DNA from: a virus
IMG/VR virus record: IMGVR_UViG_3300028197_000782
Span: 33,101-97,100 of that record
DNA length: 64,000 bases
Strand: one strand, 5' to 3'
Shown here piece by piece: positions 11,101 to 20,357 of this stretch (positions are counted from its first letter, which is position 1; each line of letters starts with the position of its first letter). Both the position numbers and the translations under genes were made by a program. The notes below the pieces were generated by a model. That model did not search any database. It was given only the letters and a program-made list of their open reading frames with translations, and was not told the DNA's origin.

Positions 11101-14100
11101 TATTGTATGGTGGCACGTTGGTGATAAAACTTGCTCCACCACTAGGAAATCTTGATCGAGCATTTCCGTAAAGAGTAAATGCAGAGAATAAATCTCTTGT
11201 ACTTGAGTTGGTAACTACATCTGACCTTTGGGCATATCTATTCTTACCATTTAAGAATTTAGGCTTCATGCTGATTCCTAGTTCTTTACAGATATAAGCA
11301 GCAACATTAGCAGCTCGTATCATAAACGGAGTCAGTCCATCGTTTTTGGTTTCTTTATTTGGTTCTTGACCATAAGTTATAATTAACCTCTTATTGCCCA
11401 AATCTAAGAAATTCTTAATATGTTGTATATCTTCGTCTGACGGCATCTTGTCTGTGTTTGCAATCCAAGCAATGTCATACTCTAAATATTCAGCAGTCAA
11501 TTTGTCTACATCTACATTTAAGTCTCTAGAATCTATTCCCATGCTATACATTTGGAATGCTATATCACTCTTAATATATCCATCTTTATACGATTTCCTG
11601 TCGGTAAATCCTCCAACTTGAGCGATTTTAGCATAAAATCCATTTTGGTTCATCTTACTGCCATAAGCTAGAATATTGTAATAAGCTAAAAGATTTCTAT
11701 CGCCATCAGAAGCCAATAAAACATCTTTACGCTCTGTATAAGTGGTAGCAATAAGTACTACCTGAGAATTCTCAACCGCTCCGGGTCTGTATCTCTCTTC
11801 GTTAACCATGTCAAACTTACCAACAGTAATACTTTCTTCAACATCTTTAAATGGAGTTGAAGCCTTAGCCATTAACAAGCCATCGCTAATACCGTTAGCA
11901 GAAGCTGTAGCTAAAGGATCAAAGAATAAACTATCACTGTTTATATCATTAATATTATGATCTACATTAACAAAATTAATTCCACTATAAGATCCTTCGT
12001 TGTCTAAATCAGCCTGCCACAAGAAAGAAATTCCAGAGTAAGGAGTGTTTCCATAGTCAAACGAAATATTAGTAGTTGTGTCATATCCAACCACATAGCG
12101 TTCTATTCTTTCTCTTTCTGGGACTGCTGAAACATTAATAGTTTTCTTAACTGATTCATATGCAGCTAATATAGGAACAGGTTCGTTCTTAGGTCTATCA
12201 TTGGGATTAGTGCTGATTTTTGGAATCTCAGGACGATTACAACCCCAATTGCTAGTATTGTGAGTTCCATAAGCATATCCAATATTGCGATGATATGTAA
12301 TAAACGATGTTTCGCCCTTTGGTGTGACATAAACGCATTGATCTTTATACTCTGCTCGTAAATCTCCCTCATGTTTAATAGGTAAATTACACTTGTCATG
12401 CATATCTCTGTAAAGTAATTTTCTACCAGCCCGACTAGAACTTACACCGTCAATTTGTTCAAGGATAGCAAATGGATCGCTTGATTTTTTCATCCCAAAT
12501 GGAAGACTACAGGAGTACAAATCTACAATATCTTCTCGATAGTGCTTGATGTCACCAACTCCATAGCCTTTAAGTCTACTACCTCTCCTTGCTATGACAG
12601 AGGTAGACTTGGCGGGATTAAACGACGACTGTACATTAAAGTAGGCGTTGGTTGATTCAATAAGAGCTTCTCGACTGTCTCTTGCTGGATGTACCTGAAG
12701 ATTAATATCGAGACGTTGTAGGATAGTGTTGATGATGTTTGTAGAATCAAAGAATATCCCATCGCCTTCATATCGAGGATCATCGGCTACTAATACTAGA
12801 TGTCTATCACCTTTAGATAGCCACTCTTTAATATTATTAATAATTTCATCACTATTAGAATCCACAGCTGGAGTTATGATGAATGCAAGGCCAGCATCTT
12901 CTGGTATTTTTTGATCTTCTGCGAAACTAGTTCTAGAATAATCAATACCCCTAGAAGAAAGCATTTGTTTAATATTTTCAAAATACAAATACTTATCATT
13001 TTCACTGGCTAAATCCTCATGCAAGTTTCCATACTTGTAAAACTCTACGGCTTTGTCTCTGTGAGGATAATAATCTCTACTTTCTATTAGTCTTACAGCT
13101 CCAGCATTAGTATAGTTTTGCCATTGCCAAGGTTGAGTATTCCCGTAAGCAGTATCATACCTAAACCAAGTTATTGTATTGTCGCGCTCTCCAAGACTAT
13201 CAGTTGGGCAACCGATTGCTATCATGCTGCCATCGTCGTTCGTGTCTACGCTATATCCAAGCCGTGGAGTAGGAATATACCTACTGTACAGCTGGCTCCA
13301 AGCTCCACCTCGATCTGGATAGACTTCAGAATAAGAAAGACTTTTGATCTTAGAGTATGGCTTTATGTTATACGTTCTATAGAACATGAACTTAAGACTC
13401 TCAGACATCTCATTAAATATAGAGAGTTTTAGGGCGTTATTTGTTCCAGTAGGAGCTTTTTCATTGTTGTATTTATTGTTAAGCGTGTACCCCTCGCCAA
13501 ACGTAGCATCAATAATTTCTTTGTTAGATTCTGCTGATAAAAATGAAGGTAAATTATTAAAGATCCTAGTTTGTAATCTACTTTCATAGTCAGACTGCCT
13601 TTGGAATACTTGAACAGCGCTTTCTGTGTACGGCGATCCAATAACGATTATATTTCCATCTTTACTGATAGCAACATCATGACCAAACCTGTCAGATACA
13701 TCATCTGAATATGTAACAGGAGATTGTATTTCTTGGCGTAACTCAAAAGAAGATGTGGCATTATCTTTTTCAAACACATAAACAGCGCCACCACTAGGAG
13801 GTGGATTATTAAATTCTGAAGCGCTTACATTAAAAGTTCCTAAGTTAGTAGCTATTAACGTGTGCTTATTGGCAGCTTTAAGTGTAGGAATATCAGTTAA
13901 ATCTCTTAAGCATCTAATTGACTGAGAAACCCAGTTAGATTCTGAGCTAGAAACTGTTACAGAAGCGTAACCTTCAGTAGCGTCACCCGTTCCAGCTCCT
14001 CCAGATCCAAAGTCTTTAACACCATTAGCCTTTGAGTAAGAATAGTAATAATCAATAAATTTATTTAAAGCACCTTTAAATCCATTTGTATAATAACCAA

Positions 14101-17100
14101 CCCTATCAGAACCAAGAGAAAATGAATCATCAACAAAGAATCCCATCAATGGAGGAACTCCGTTGTGCAAAGCAGAAGCGTTAGTTGAAAAAGTATCATG
14201 GAATATATTTTTCATTTCTTGAAGCATGGTGGCTTCAGCGTCTATCCAATCCTGACTAGTAGTACTAAGATTCCAATGCCTTGTAGTTAAGTGCTTAGTA
14301 ACAAAATCAGGCTGTGGAGTATTGAATTCTTCTGAGGATTCAAAAGGTATATCAGATCCAAGGTGTGGTTCTAATATCATAATTTTTATATCAAATTCTA
14401 CAGCTGGATCTGCAAAATATCTGTACAGTATGTCTCTGTCTTTTAGTGCTTTAAGAACATTTTGCCAAGGTGAAACATTGGGTTGTAACTCATTATTAAA
14501 TACCATCAACCCAATAGACACTGGCGTAGTAGTAACAGGAGAGAAAGTTCGTGTCCATTTGGAACCCGGACCACCAGCAACAATAACTTCTTTGTCTCCA
14601 ACCTTTGTTGCATCTACTGAGTGTCCCAGTTCTCGCCCTTCTCCAGAGTTGATCCAATTTCTAATGGTTCCTGTAAATGGTAGAGTTTGACCTGAATCGT
14701 CTGTAAATGTAGCAGTTGTGGTTGTGAAATAATCTCTTCTCCATCCAGTTGGTAACACAATTTCTTGCTCAACTGCCCATTGAGCTTGATCATCTTGCTC
14801 TGACCAATCATATCCAGAAGGAGCAAGGTTTCTTCTGTATACGTAAATCTTACCATGACTTTCTACTGGGCGAGAAGCAAGGTCTGAGTTTAAGGTGTCA
14901 TTTACACCAACAATATTATCTGCATACGGAACTCCCACAGCTAACATGTCTTGCACGATCTTGACGGATGAGCCGAATTTATTGTCAGAAAATCTGTTGC
15001 TTATTTTTTCTAATAACTGTATTCCAGAATAATTAACTTCTGGAGGAATAATACCACTACTCTCTGACTTACCATAATTCCACTCTTGTAGCTCTCTTGG
15101 AACATCAATTATTTCAGAACCAGCGCTTTGACCAGTAATAACCAAATTGTATGGAGCGTTAGGAATAAGATTGGTAAATTTACGAATGCCATAATATTCT
15201 TTATCATATCCAGCTTCTACGTTAGAATAAACTCTAACGGGCCTGATGACTCCACCTTCAGCGCATTCTGGTACATACCAAGTTGTATCATGGGTAACTA
15301 TAGCAGTTTCGGTGCATGAAACGCCAGCGTTGGTGTCGCAGTCTCCGTAACACATAGTATTCACGCCCCTGATCTCGTCATTAGCTGGAATGCTTGCGTA
15401 CTGATTATCATCTACATAAATTTCAAAACCGTAATTTTGACCATTCCAAGTAAATGCTTCTAATTGGCCTTCTTCTTTACCTACGGGTTGTACGTGATAT
15501 GTGTACAAGTTTATGTTGCTTGTAATAGTTTCTAGTATTGGCCTGCCTTGAACTTCAAGTGCTAAACTATCCGATATGCTAATTGGATTTTCATCTGGAC
15601 CAGAAACATAAAAATTAATAGAATTATTTACAGTGATTGGAAAATTAGTTGCGCCATGTCCACCTAATATAAATATACTAAACGAATCAGCATTTGTATT
15701 AAATGATTGATCACTAGCATTTATACCTCTAGTATAAAGATTAACACTGGATAGTGACTGAATAGCATCAGAAAATAATCCTTCTGAGTACAAAGTAAAT
15801 GGATCTCTAAGATTATTTGCTACTGAAAATCCACCTAAATTAGAAAGATTTAATATTCCACTTTCAGCTAAACCTCCACCATTGTGCAGATTCAAATTTG
15901 CATAGCCACCGGACCAGCCGGAAGCATAAATATTCATATCAGATGAATGTTGAGTATAAATATTACCACTAGTATATAAATTAACAGAAAGGTCTGGAAG
16001 GGTATATGTTTCATGGTTTCCAAACATGACGCTGCCAAACCCACCAGCCGCAATAACTTCTTTAACCGCGCCTTCAGCCCATGTCATATTAAGAGAACCA
16101 GCAGAATAAGCATCACCACTAGTATAAACGTTTAAATGTTCGTTAGATTTATCTTCAAATAATATTATATCATCCATCTTGATATCTAATGAATGAATTT
16201 TTATCTCAGAGTGTTCATATGAGCCAGATGGATATACTAGATCATACTGTACAAACATCTCATCAATGTCTCTACCAAAGTAATTCTCTGAAAATTCTTT
16301 CTTAGTGATCCGCTTGTCGAAGAACGCCCAAGGTTCACTGTCAGAATCAGTATATTGTTCTAGTGTGAATCTACTCTTAATCTTGATCCAGCAATCTTCA
16401 GGTGTTACATAATGAACATCTCTACTGACTAAGCCAAAGTTGGTGCTAGCAGAGTATGCACTTTCTTTAGTTGGCGCGTATAAGCTTGCAATAAGTTTTG
16501 CACCAACTTTACCGTCAGGCCACACAATGTTATCGTCGCAGCTGTGTTGAAGAATAGTATTTACTAGTAAAGAGTCTTCAGCAAACAAATAACTTCTAGG
16601 TAAATCTTTTACAATTCTAGGAGATACAGCATAAAATCTATCTTCTCTACCAGAAAGCTGAACTCTAATCATATCATTTTCAATTTGAGTATGATAAGCT
16701 AAACCAGAAGCGTTAACAGTAGGTGGTAGATCTATATTTGTTAAATCTGCATAAGTCTTTCCATGATTGTGGAAGCTATGATAAATATAATCAGTTCCAA
16801 TTCTTTTGGACATAACGTCAAAGTCTGGACCAAACTGACAATACTTAAATGAGCCTAACTTCCAATCATCTGTTTTCTCGTCTACAAAACGGAATAAATT
16901 GTCTGATCCATCCCAGAAATTAATTGAGTTTGATCTAAAGAAATCAAGGATTGTATGTTCTTGGACAGACGCATCGGGGACTTTAGTAGAGTCAATAATA
17001 TTTGCATGTCCGCTAGCATTAATATCAGATATGCCAATCTCACTTATAAAGGCGTTGAATCCTACGCCAGAGCCAGCAGAATAAGAAAATGTTAAATCAC

Positions 17101-20100
17101 TAGTACCACTATGCATAACAAAAGCATTTGACTCAGCACGAAGTATATCAACATCAGATACTATTTCATTCTTAGTATATAGCCTAAGTTTATTATCTCC
17201 CCTTTGATTGTAGGTCAAAACAACACCAAGAGGATATTGATAATTATCATAAGAGAGAGTGTCAGATATCTCAATAATATTAGAAGAATTTTTTTCTTTA
17301 GCGTAGGCTGTGAGATAACCATCTTTATAACCTAGAGCGTATTCTAAGTCACTACCGCTATCCCACTTACTAAAGATAGCTCCAGAATTCCAAAGGTTGT
17401 AATTAGGACTTGTTCCGCTAACAGTAACATCTGGAGAAAATTTAGTATATACAGTGAAGCCTTCAGACGTTGGTGTATCTCCAAAGTTTAAGTACCCATC
17501 TACACCAGAGCATCGAAGCACATTGTCATAAGCGTCAAGTATTTTACCTTCAAGCTCATGGCCCGTAGGACACCAATCAATTGTTTTATAAGATCTAATA
17601 TTAGAGTCAAACAAACTAGAGTTATTAAACCTTAATCCAATATTCCTAGTTAGACTATCACTTATATTTGAATTAAATAATCCAGAAATAGATACATCAC
17701 CAAAGTCGTCCATGAATGCATTATTAACAACTTTATTGAAATCAAAATATCCCAGCAGGAACGGTTGGTTTTTTGTGTTTCTTTCATATGAGAAATCGAA
17801 AGCTTCTGCATCAAACGGAGAGTCATCGACCTGACCAGTACAACCCCTCCAACGACGAGAATAATTTGTCTTTAACGTGTCTTCTATTTGAGTATATCCA
17901 TGAGGGACATTTTCTAGCAAGGACAATCCATGAGACATTGAGTTTGTTATAGAATCAGTATCTTTTTTAGTATCAGGGTATAATCTACCTGTTCGATCAG
18001 CAAATTTCTTGGATAAATATCCTGCTGTAGTCAATGGGAAAGCTCCAGCAGGAGCATACTTAATAATCAAATCGGCTCTTTGTATGGATGCACCGCTTGG
18101 AATTGGGTATATATCTAAGTACAAAGATTCAAAGTATGTACTCATACTATAATCTTTTGATCTGCCAAGTCTTACACTATCATTATATATCTTTAATGGT
18201 ACATCGTATGTCTCAAAATTTATTCCAGTTACGACAGGGTTTCCTATCTTATAATGATCGCCAGCTGCGTGTTCTATAATAGATTCTTGGAAGTACGCAT
18301 CTTTATCAGAAATAGGATGGTTAGAAATACCTAAATCATCAGTAGGTAAAAAGCCTGAGTGACTTGGAATTATGCCACTTCCAACTTCTGCATTTTGTAA
18401 AAACCCGCCTTGCTCAGAGGTGATAGCAAGAACACCATCATCACTGTAACCAACTACATCAATTGGAAAATCATCATGAAGTGTCGAACCTTTCTTAGCA
18501 CTGATACGCAATGTTATTTCTTCTACAATGAAAACAGAGTCGTCAGGCTCAACCATCGCCACTTTAGCGGTTCCAAAATCAGATCCACCGTAACGCTGAC
18601 CTATGAAGAAAGCGCCTCCGGTTTTTTCTTTTACTGATTGAGGTTTTGCATTTTTATATAATAGTTGTAATTTACCAGATTCACTAACTGGTGTAATGCT
18701 ATCTAAGGTTATCCAACCATCTACAAATCTATTAGCAAGTCTATCTTTAAATACTCCCTCCGCATTATCAGAGCTTGTGTAATATACGTTACCATCTGCA
18801 TCAGCAGAACTCTTCCAAACATTAACAATACCAGTAGGATATATATTATTATTATAAGATGATGTCAAAACTCTCGTAGGAGATAAAGCTCTTTCTAGTC
18901 TCTGACCAGTTGGCTGTGGCATCAATACAATATTCAGCTGACCGTCATGAAGTAATCCACTACTCAAGCCTTCATTAACTATTTCAATAGAGGATATTCT
19001 TAAAGCATTCGTTGGGTTTAGCTGATAACCCTGAGTTCTTGTCGATAAAGGCGCTCCATCTAAAGACAAATAATCATTAGGACTACTTGGTACAAACTTC
19101 CTTGTAAGGTCACAATTATCTTCAAAGCCTCCATCAAATTTTTTATCAAACGGTTCGTGAAAACATGTTGCATCTACATCAAACGCAAGAAGATATCCAC
19201 TGTTTTCATTAACAATAGGATAGTCAAATCTATCTAATCCAGTTCCTGCGTAGAACTCTTCAGGTTCTGTTACAAGTGTAAACCAATCTCTTTGTAAGTT
19301 AGGGTGTATTGTATAATCCTGTTCTCCAATAACAGATATATCTTTATACTTAGCAATCAAATCTCCTGAAGGATCTAAGAACTTAATATTTTTAATATCA
19401 TACTTAGGTGGATTATTACCATCATAATTAAATAAAGGAGCAGCGGCTCTAAAAACCAACACACTTTCCATAGGAGTCATGGTAGGATTGGTAACTTCAA
19501 ATTTATATTGAAAACTACCAGCAGTGTTAATAGATGAAGGGGTTATGTAAGAAGAGTTCTTATCAGATAGAAAGTATCCCGTACCACCATTTTGAAGTAC
19601 ATTGCCTACAAAAACCCCCTCATCTATGCTTCTATATATTCCGCTATTACCTAGCTTTTCATCTACTAAACTAATACCATCATGTTCTATATCTTCATCT
19701 TTAATAGGATATAATTTTTGTATAAATCCACTAGCAAAATCCATAAGAGAAAGTTTCTTAGCATGACCTTTCATCTTTTCAAAGAATTTGATTTTCATTG
19801 TACCTTTAGAATCAAACTTGGCAGCGAAGTTTGTAATCGGCACATTCATGGAAGCCCTTAGATTACTTCCAGATTGACATCTTGCAAATATACGATGTAT
19901 AGTTTGAGGAGAGCCAGTATATGTATAAATATGATTGTTACTTGTAGCTGGGTCATATACTGAGTCTGGAATACCATCTAAACCAGACTGTTTATATTCA
20001 ACAGAGTCAATATCAAAAAGTTGTTCAGGAAGAATTCTGGGTGGCTTCTTGGTAAACTCTCGTTGCGCATTGAAAGATACATCGCTATCTCCACGCATAA

Positions 20101-20347
20101 TTTTAGGCAAGGCGCTTGGGACACTGGAAAAAGAAGCAGCACCAAATCTTGGTTCAGAAAAAGTTTCAGATGTTTCCCCTAAGCCTCTACGAAAACTAAC
20201 AATAGTTAATGAAGCGAGAGATTTAAACCTAGTGGTTACTTGAGGTTTTGCCTTAAGCTTAACTTTTTTTACAAGATGACCTCGGACCCTACTGGTTCCT
20301 GTCATCCTGACTTTAAAAGAATCTTGATCCGCACATCTAACTGACAT
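8105..20347 (-). CDS. Giant tail-associated adhesin-like protein (4080 aa) with a LamG-like domain and seven FG-GAP-like repeats
   Basis: LamG-like segment ~17020-17530 (GFTVYTKF...IFSKW...LTYN...LRLY...ISEIGI). FG-GAP-like motifs KFGSSV..LAVGVPY, ELGHSV..VAGGPG, RFGHDV..IGSPY, RLGYSV..IGCP, LFGYKV..VGSPF, MFGADI..ISAPG, YFGTSL..AIGS. Confidence 0.7.
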   Translation of the reverse strand: MSVRCADQDSFKVRMTGTSRVRGHLVKKVKLKAKPQVTTRFKSLASLTIVSFRRGLGETSETFSEPRFGAASFSSVPSALPKIMRGDSDVSFNAQREFTKKPPRILPEQLFDIDSVEYKQSGLDGIPDSVYDPATSNNHIYTYTGSPQTIHRIFARCQSGSNLRASMNVPITNFAAKFDSKGTMKIKFFEKMKGHAKKLSLMDFASGFIQKLYPIKDEDIEHDGISLVDEKLGNSGIYRSIDEGVFVGNVLQNGGTGYFLSDKNSSYITPSSINTAGSFQYKFEVTNPTMTPMESVLVFRAAAPLFNYDGNNPPKYDIKNIKFLDPSGDLIAKYKDISVIGEQDYTIHPNLQRDWFTLVTEPEEFYAGTGLDRFDYPIVNENSGYLLAFDVDATCFHEPFDKKFDGGFEDNCDLTRKFVPSSPNDYLSLDGAPLSTRTQGYQLNPTNALRISSIEIVNEGLSSGLLHDGQLNIVLMPQPTGQRLERALSPTRVLTSSYNNNIYPTGIVNVWKSSADADGNVYYTSSDNAEGVFKDRLANRFVDGWITLDSITPVSESGKLQLLYKNAKPQSVKEKTGGAFFIGQRYGGSDFGTAKVAMVEPDDSVFIVEEITLRISAKKGSTLHDDFPIDVVGYSDDGVLAITSEQGGFLQNAEVGSGIIPSHSGFLPTDDLGISNHPISDKDAYFQESIIEHAAGDHYKIGNPVVTGINFETYDVPLKIYNDSVRLGRSKDYSMSTYFESLYLDIYPIPSGASIQRADLIIKYAPAGAFPLTTAGYLSKKFADRTGRLYPDTKKDTDSITNSMSHGLSLLENVPHGYTQIEDTLKTNYSRRWRGCTGQVDDSPFDAEAFDFSYERNTKNQPFLLGYFDFNKVVNNAFMDDFGDVSISGLFNSNISDSLTRNIGLRFNNSSLFDSNIRSYKTIDWCPTGHELEGKILDAYDNVLRCSGVDGYLNFGDTPTSEGFTVYTKFSPDVTVSGTSPNYNLWNSGAIFSKWDSGSDLEYALGYKDGYLTAYAKEKNSSNIIEISDTLSYDNYQYPLGVVLTYNQRGDNKLRLYTKNEIVSDVDILRAESNAFVMHSGTSDLTFSYSAGSGVGFNAFISEIGISDINASGHANIIDSTKVPDASVQEHTILDFFRSNSINFWDGSDNLFRFVDEKTDDWKLGSFKYCQFGPDFDVMSKRIGTDYIYHSFHNHGKTYADLTNIDLPPTVNASGLAYHTQIENDMIRVQLSGREDRFYAVSPRIVKDLPRSYLFAEDSLLVNTILQHSCDDNIVWPDGKVGAKLIASLYAPTKESAYSASTNFGLVSRDVHYVTPEDCWIKIKSRFTLEQYTDSDSEPWAFFDKRITKKEFSENYFGRDIDEMFVQYDLVYPSGSYEHSEIKIHSLDIKMDDIILFEDKSNEHLNVYTSGDAYSAGSLNMTWAEGAVKEVIAAGGFGSVMFGNHETYTLPDLSVNLYTSGNIYTQHSSDMNIYASGWSGGYANLNLHNGGGLAESGILNLSNLGGFSVANNLRDPFTLYSEGLFSDAIQSLSSVNLYTRGINASDQSFNTNADSFSIFILGGHGATNFPITVNNSINFYVSGPDENPISISDSLALEVQGRPILETITSNINLYTYHVQPVGKEEGQLEAFTWNGQNYGFEIYVDDNQYASIPANDEIRGVNTMCYGDCDTNAGVSCTETAIVTHDTTWYVPECAEGGVIRPVRVYSNVEAGYDKEYYGIRKFTNLIPNAPYNLVITGQSAGSEIIDVPRELQEWNYGKSESSGIIPPEVNYSGIQLLEKISNRFSDNKFGSSVKIVQDMLAVGVPYADNIVGVNDTLNSDLASRPVESHGKIYVYRRNLAPSGYDWSEQDDQAQWAVEQEIVLPTGWRRDYFTTTTATFTDDSGQTLPFTGTIRNWINSGEGRELGHSVDATKVGDKEVIVAGGPGSKWTRTFSPVTTTPVSIGLMVFNNELQPNVSPWQNVLKALKDRDILYRYFADPAVEFDIKIMILEPHLGSDIPFESSEEFNTPQPDFVTKHLTTRHWNLSTTSQDWIDAEATMLQEMKNIFHDTFSTNASALHNGVPPLMGFFVDDSFSLGSDRVGYYTNGFKGALNKFIDYYYSYSKANGVKDFGSGGAGTGDATEGYASVTVSSSESNWVSQSIRCLRDLTDIPTLKAANKHTLIATNLGTFNVSASEFNNPPPSGGAVYVFEKDNATSSFELRQEIQSPVTYSDDVSDRFGHDVAISKDGNIIVIGSPYTESAVQVFQRQSDYESRLQTRIFNNLPSFLSAESNKEIIDATFGEGYTLNNKYNNEKAPTGTNNALKLSIFNEMSESLKFMFYRTYNIKPYSKIKSLSYSEVYPDRGGAWSQLYSRYIPTPRLGYSVDTNDDGSMIAIGCPTDSLGERDNTITWFRYDTAYGNTQPWQWQNYTNAGAVRLIESRDYYPHRDKAVEFYKYGNLHEDLASENDKYLYFENIKQMLSSRGIDYSRTSFAEDQKIPEDAGLAFIITPAVDSNSDEIINNIKEWLSKGDRHLVLVADDPRYEGDGIFFDSTNIINTILQRLDINLQVHPARDSREALIESTNAYFNVQSSFNPAKSTSVIARRGSRLKGYGVGDIKHYREDIVDLYSCSLPFGMKKSSDPFAILEQIDGVSSSRAGRKLLYRDMHDKCNLPIKHEGDLRAEYKDQCVYVTPKGETSFITYHRNIGYAYGTHNTSNWGCNRPEIPKISTNPNDRPKNEPVPILAAYESVKKTINVSAVPERERIERYVVGYDTTTNISFDYGNTPYSGISFLWQADLDNEGSYSGINFVNVDHNINDINSDSLFFDPLATASANGISDGLLMAKASTPFKDVEESITVGKFDMVNEERYRPGAVENSQVVLIATTYTERKDVLLASDGDRNLLAYYNILAYGSKMNQNGFYAKIAQVGGFTDRKSYKDGYIKSDIAFQMYSMGIDSRDLNVDVDKLTAEYLEYDIAWIANTDKMPSDEDIQHIKNFLDLGNKRLIITYGQEPNKETKNDGLTPFMIRAANVAAYICKELGISMKPKFLNGKNRYAQRSDVVTNSSTRDLFSAFTLYGNARSRFPSGGASFITNVPPYNRLGIGTTLNHEIIPIQRNNSSLLGGKSNSISDIEIVSKGKPRLHTGISKATFNVPDHNSILSHDLGREVEDDLYLFRLFFTVQSVTETEIEPIEVYVENGRRGITFSGQGTGRTPTRIIGGIEDKVGNSTSILDYSDDNLSASTQIKQAAWKYLEASSTPKTYEVDVQLPSGGQIDMYFTGTKFYRTLEENPDQKRTTRLLGVSGVRLPLETKTNNTSVPIFEHRTVSIPSIPGFSYEQDLIRQISTDSSKYCAENNSEVCAEADPAGYGIDGDAPVIADGPVVVAQQVYDQGGFFSGYNKSRVTVISDASIIQGRNILNEDEFIVDDLANFLASLYPRTYQYYQDDFFGSDEFSQTKFYPNAYKIISPERASPSRLVNALPDNSGLNARFGGYDSAGIGVDKYSDTEGKKDIETPPGREIPYQPFDGMLSLMEAEDAGKFRKRPDAPRLPPSHYFSIPPYTYGGLTRAEYEQKWYVDEFLQYQTYWSSTSKIQDVYNGQTYVDAGLSERIPPLLRAAGHDHLDFDVFNSGYPGDLFGYKVTIHKNKLYVGSPFTPYNNETITPWSGILDNGSLTGVEVGHNGGAGAVYVIEKVGNVGDGVGSIQGSSAVTTGIPWKTTSKFRPDELGVGFMNTDATALSGIIGTHSYTDSFIENNAFVSDMFGADIVLDGDLMAISAPGHDFNTFFEINSGEFVNKAFNEQFAIETRTKHDFAKQSVRDAYPNSGLTVLNNGAVFTYENKIDDWGSKQQAWTQIQKLNPLEDLDLSQGSSENNYFGTSLSLYRSRRSDSDYTLAIGSKNHSVPTSGNIGAVYTNDAMLRKLRPGFSHPDTSLKGKVFGVYRDKDEYIEFDFTNGTVPNATHRFEGLVFSNEQGEIFIEASGQDKVERGYVTHRPFIKQIRGVYEFGSGERARLNLFNEGAPFNTSGIINLFSRGPETGNVYNNVGLYGISALDSSGILQLYASGIQNLESSGILPLSVSGSLSGGTGILNLYGYGGF

Positions 20348-20357
20348 ATATTATTCC

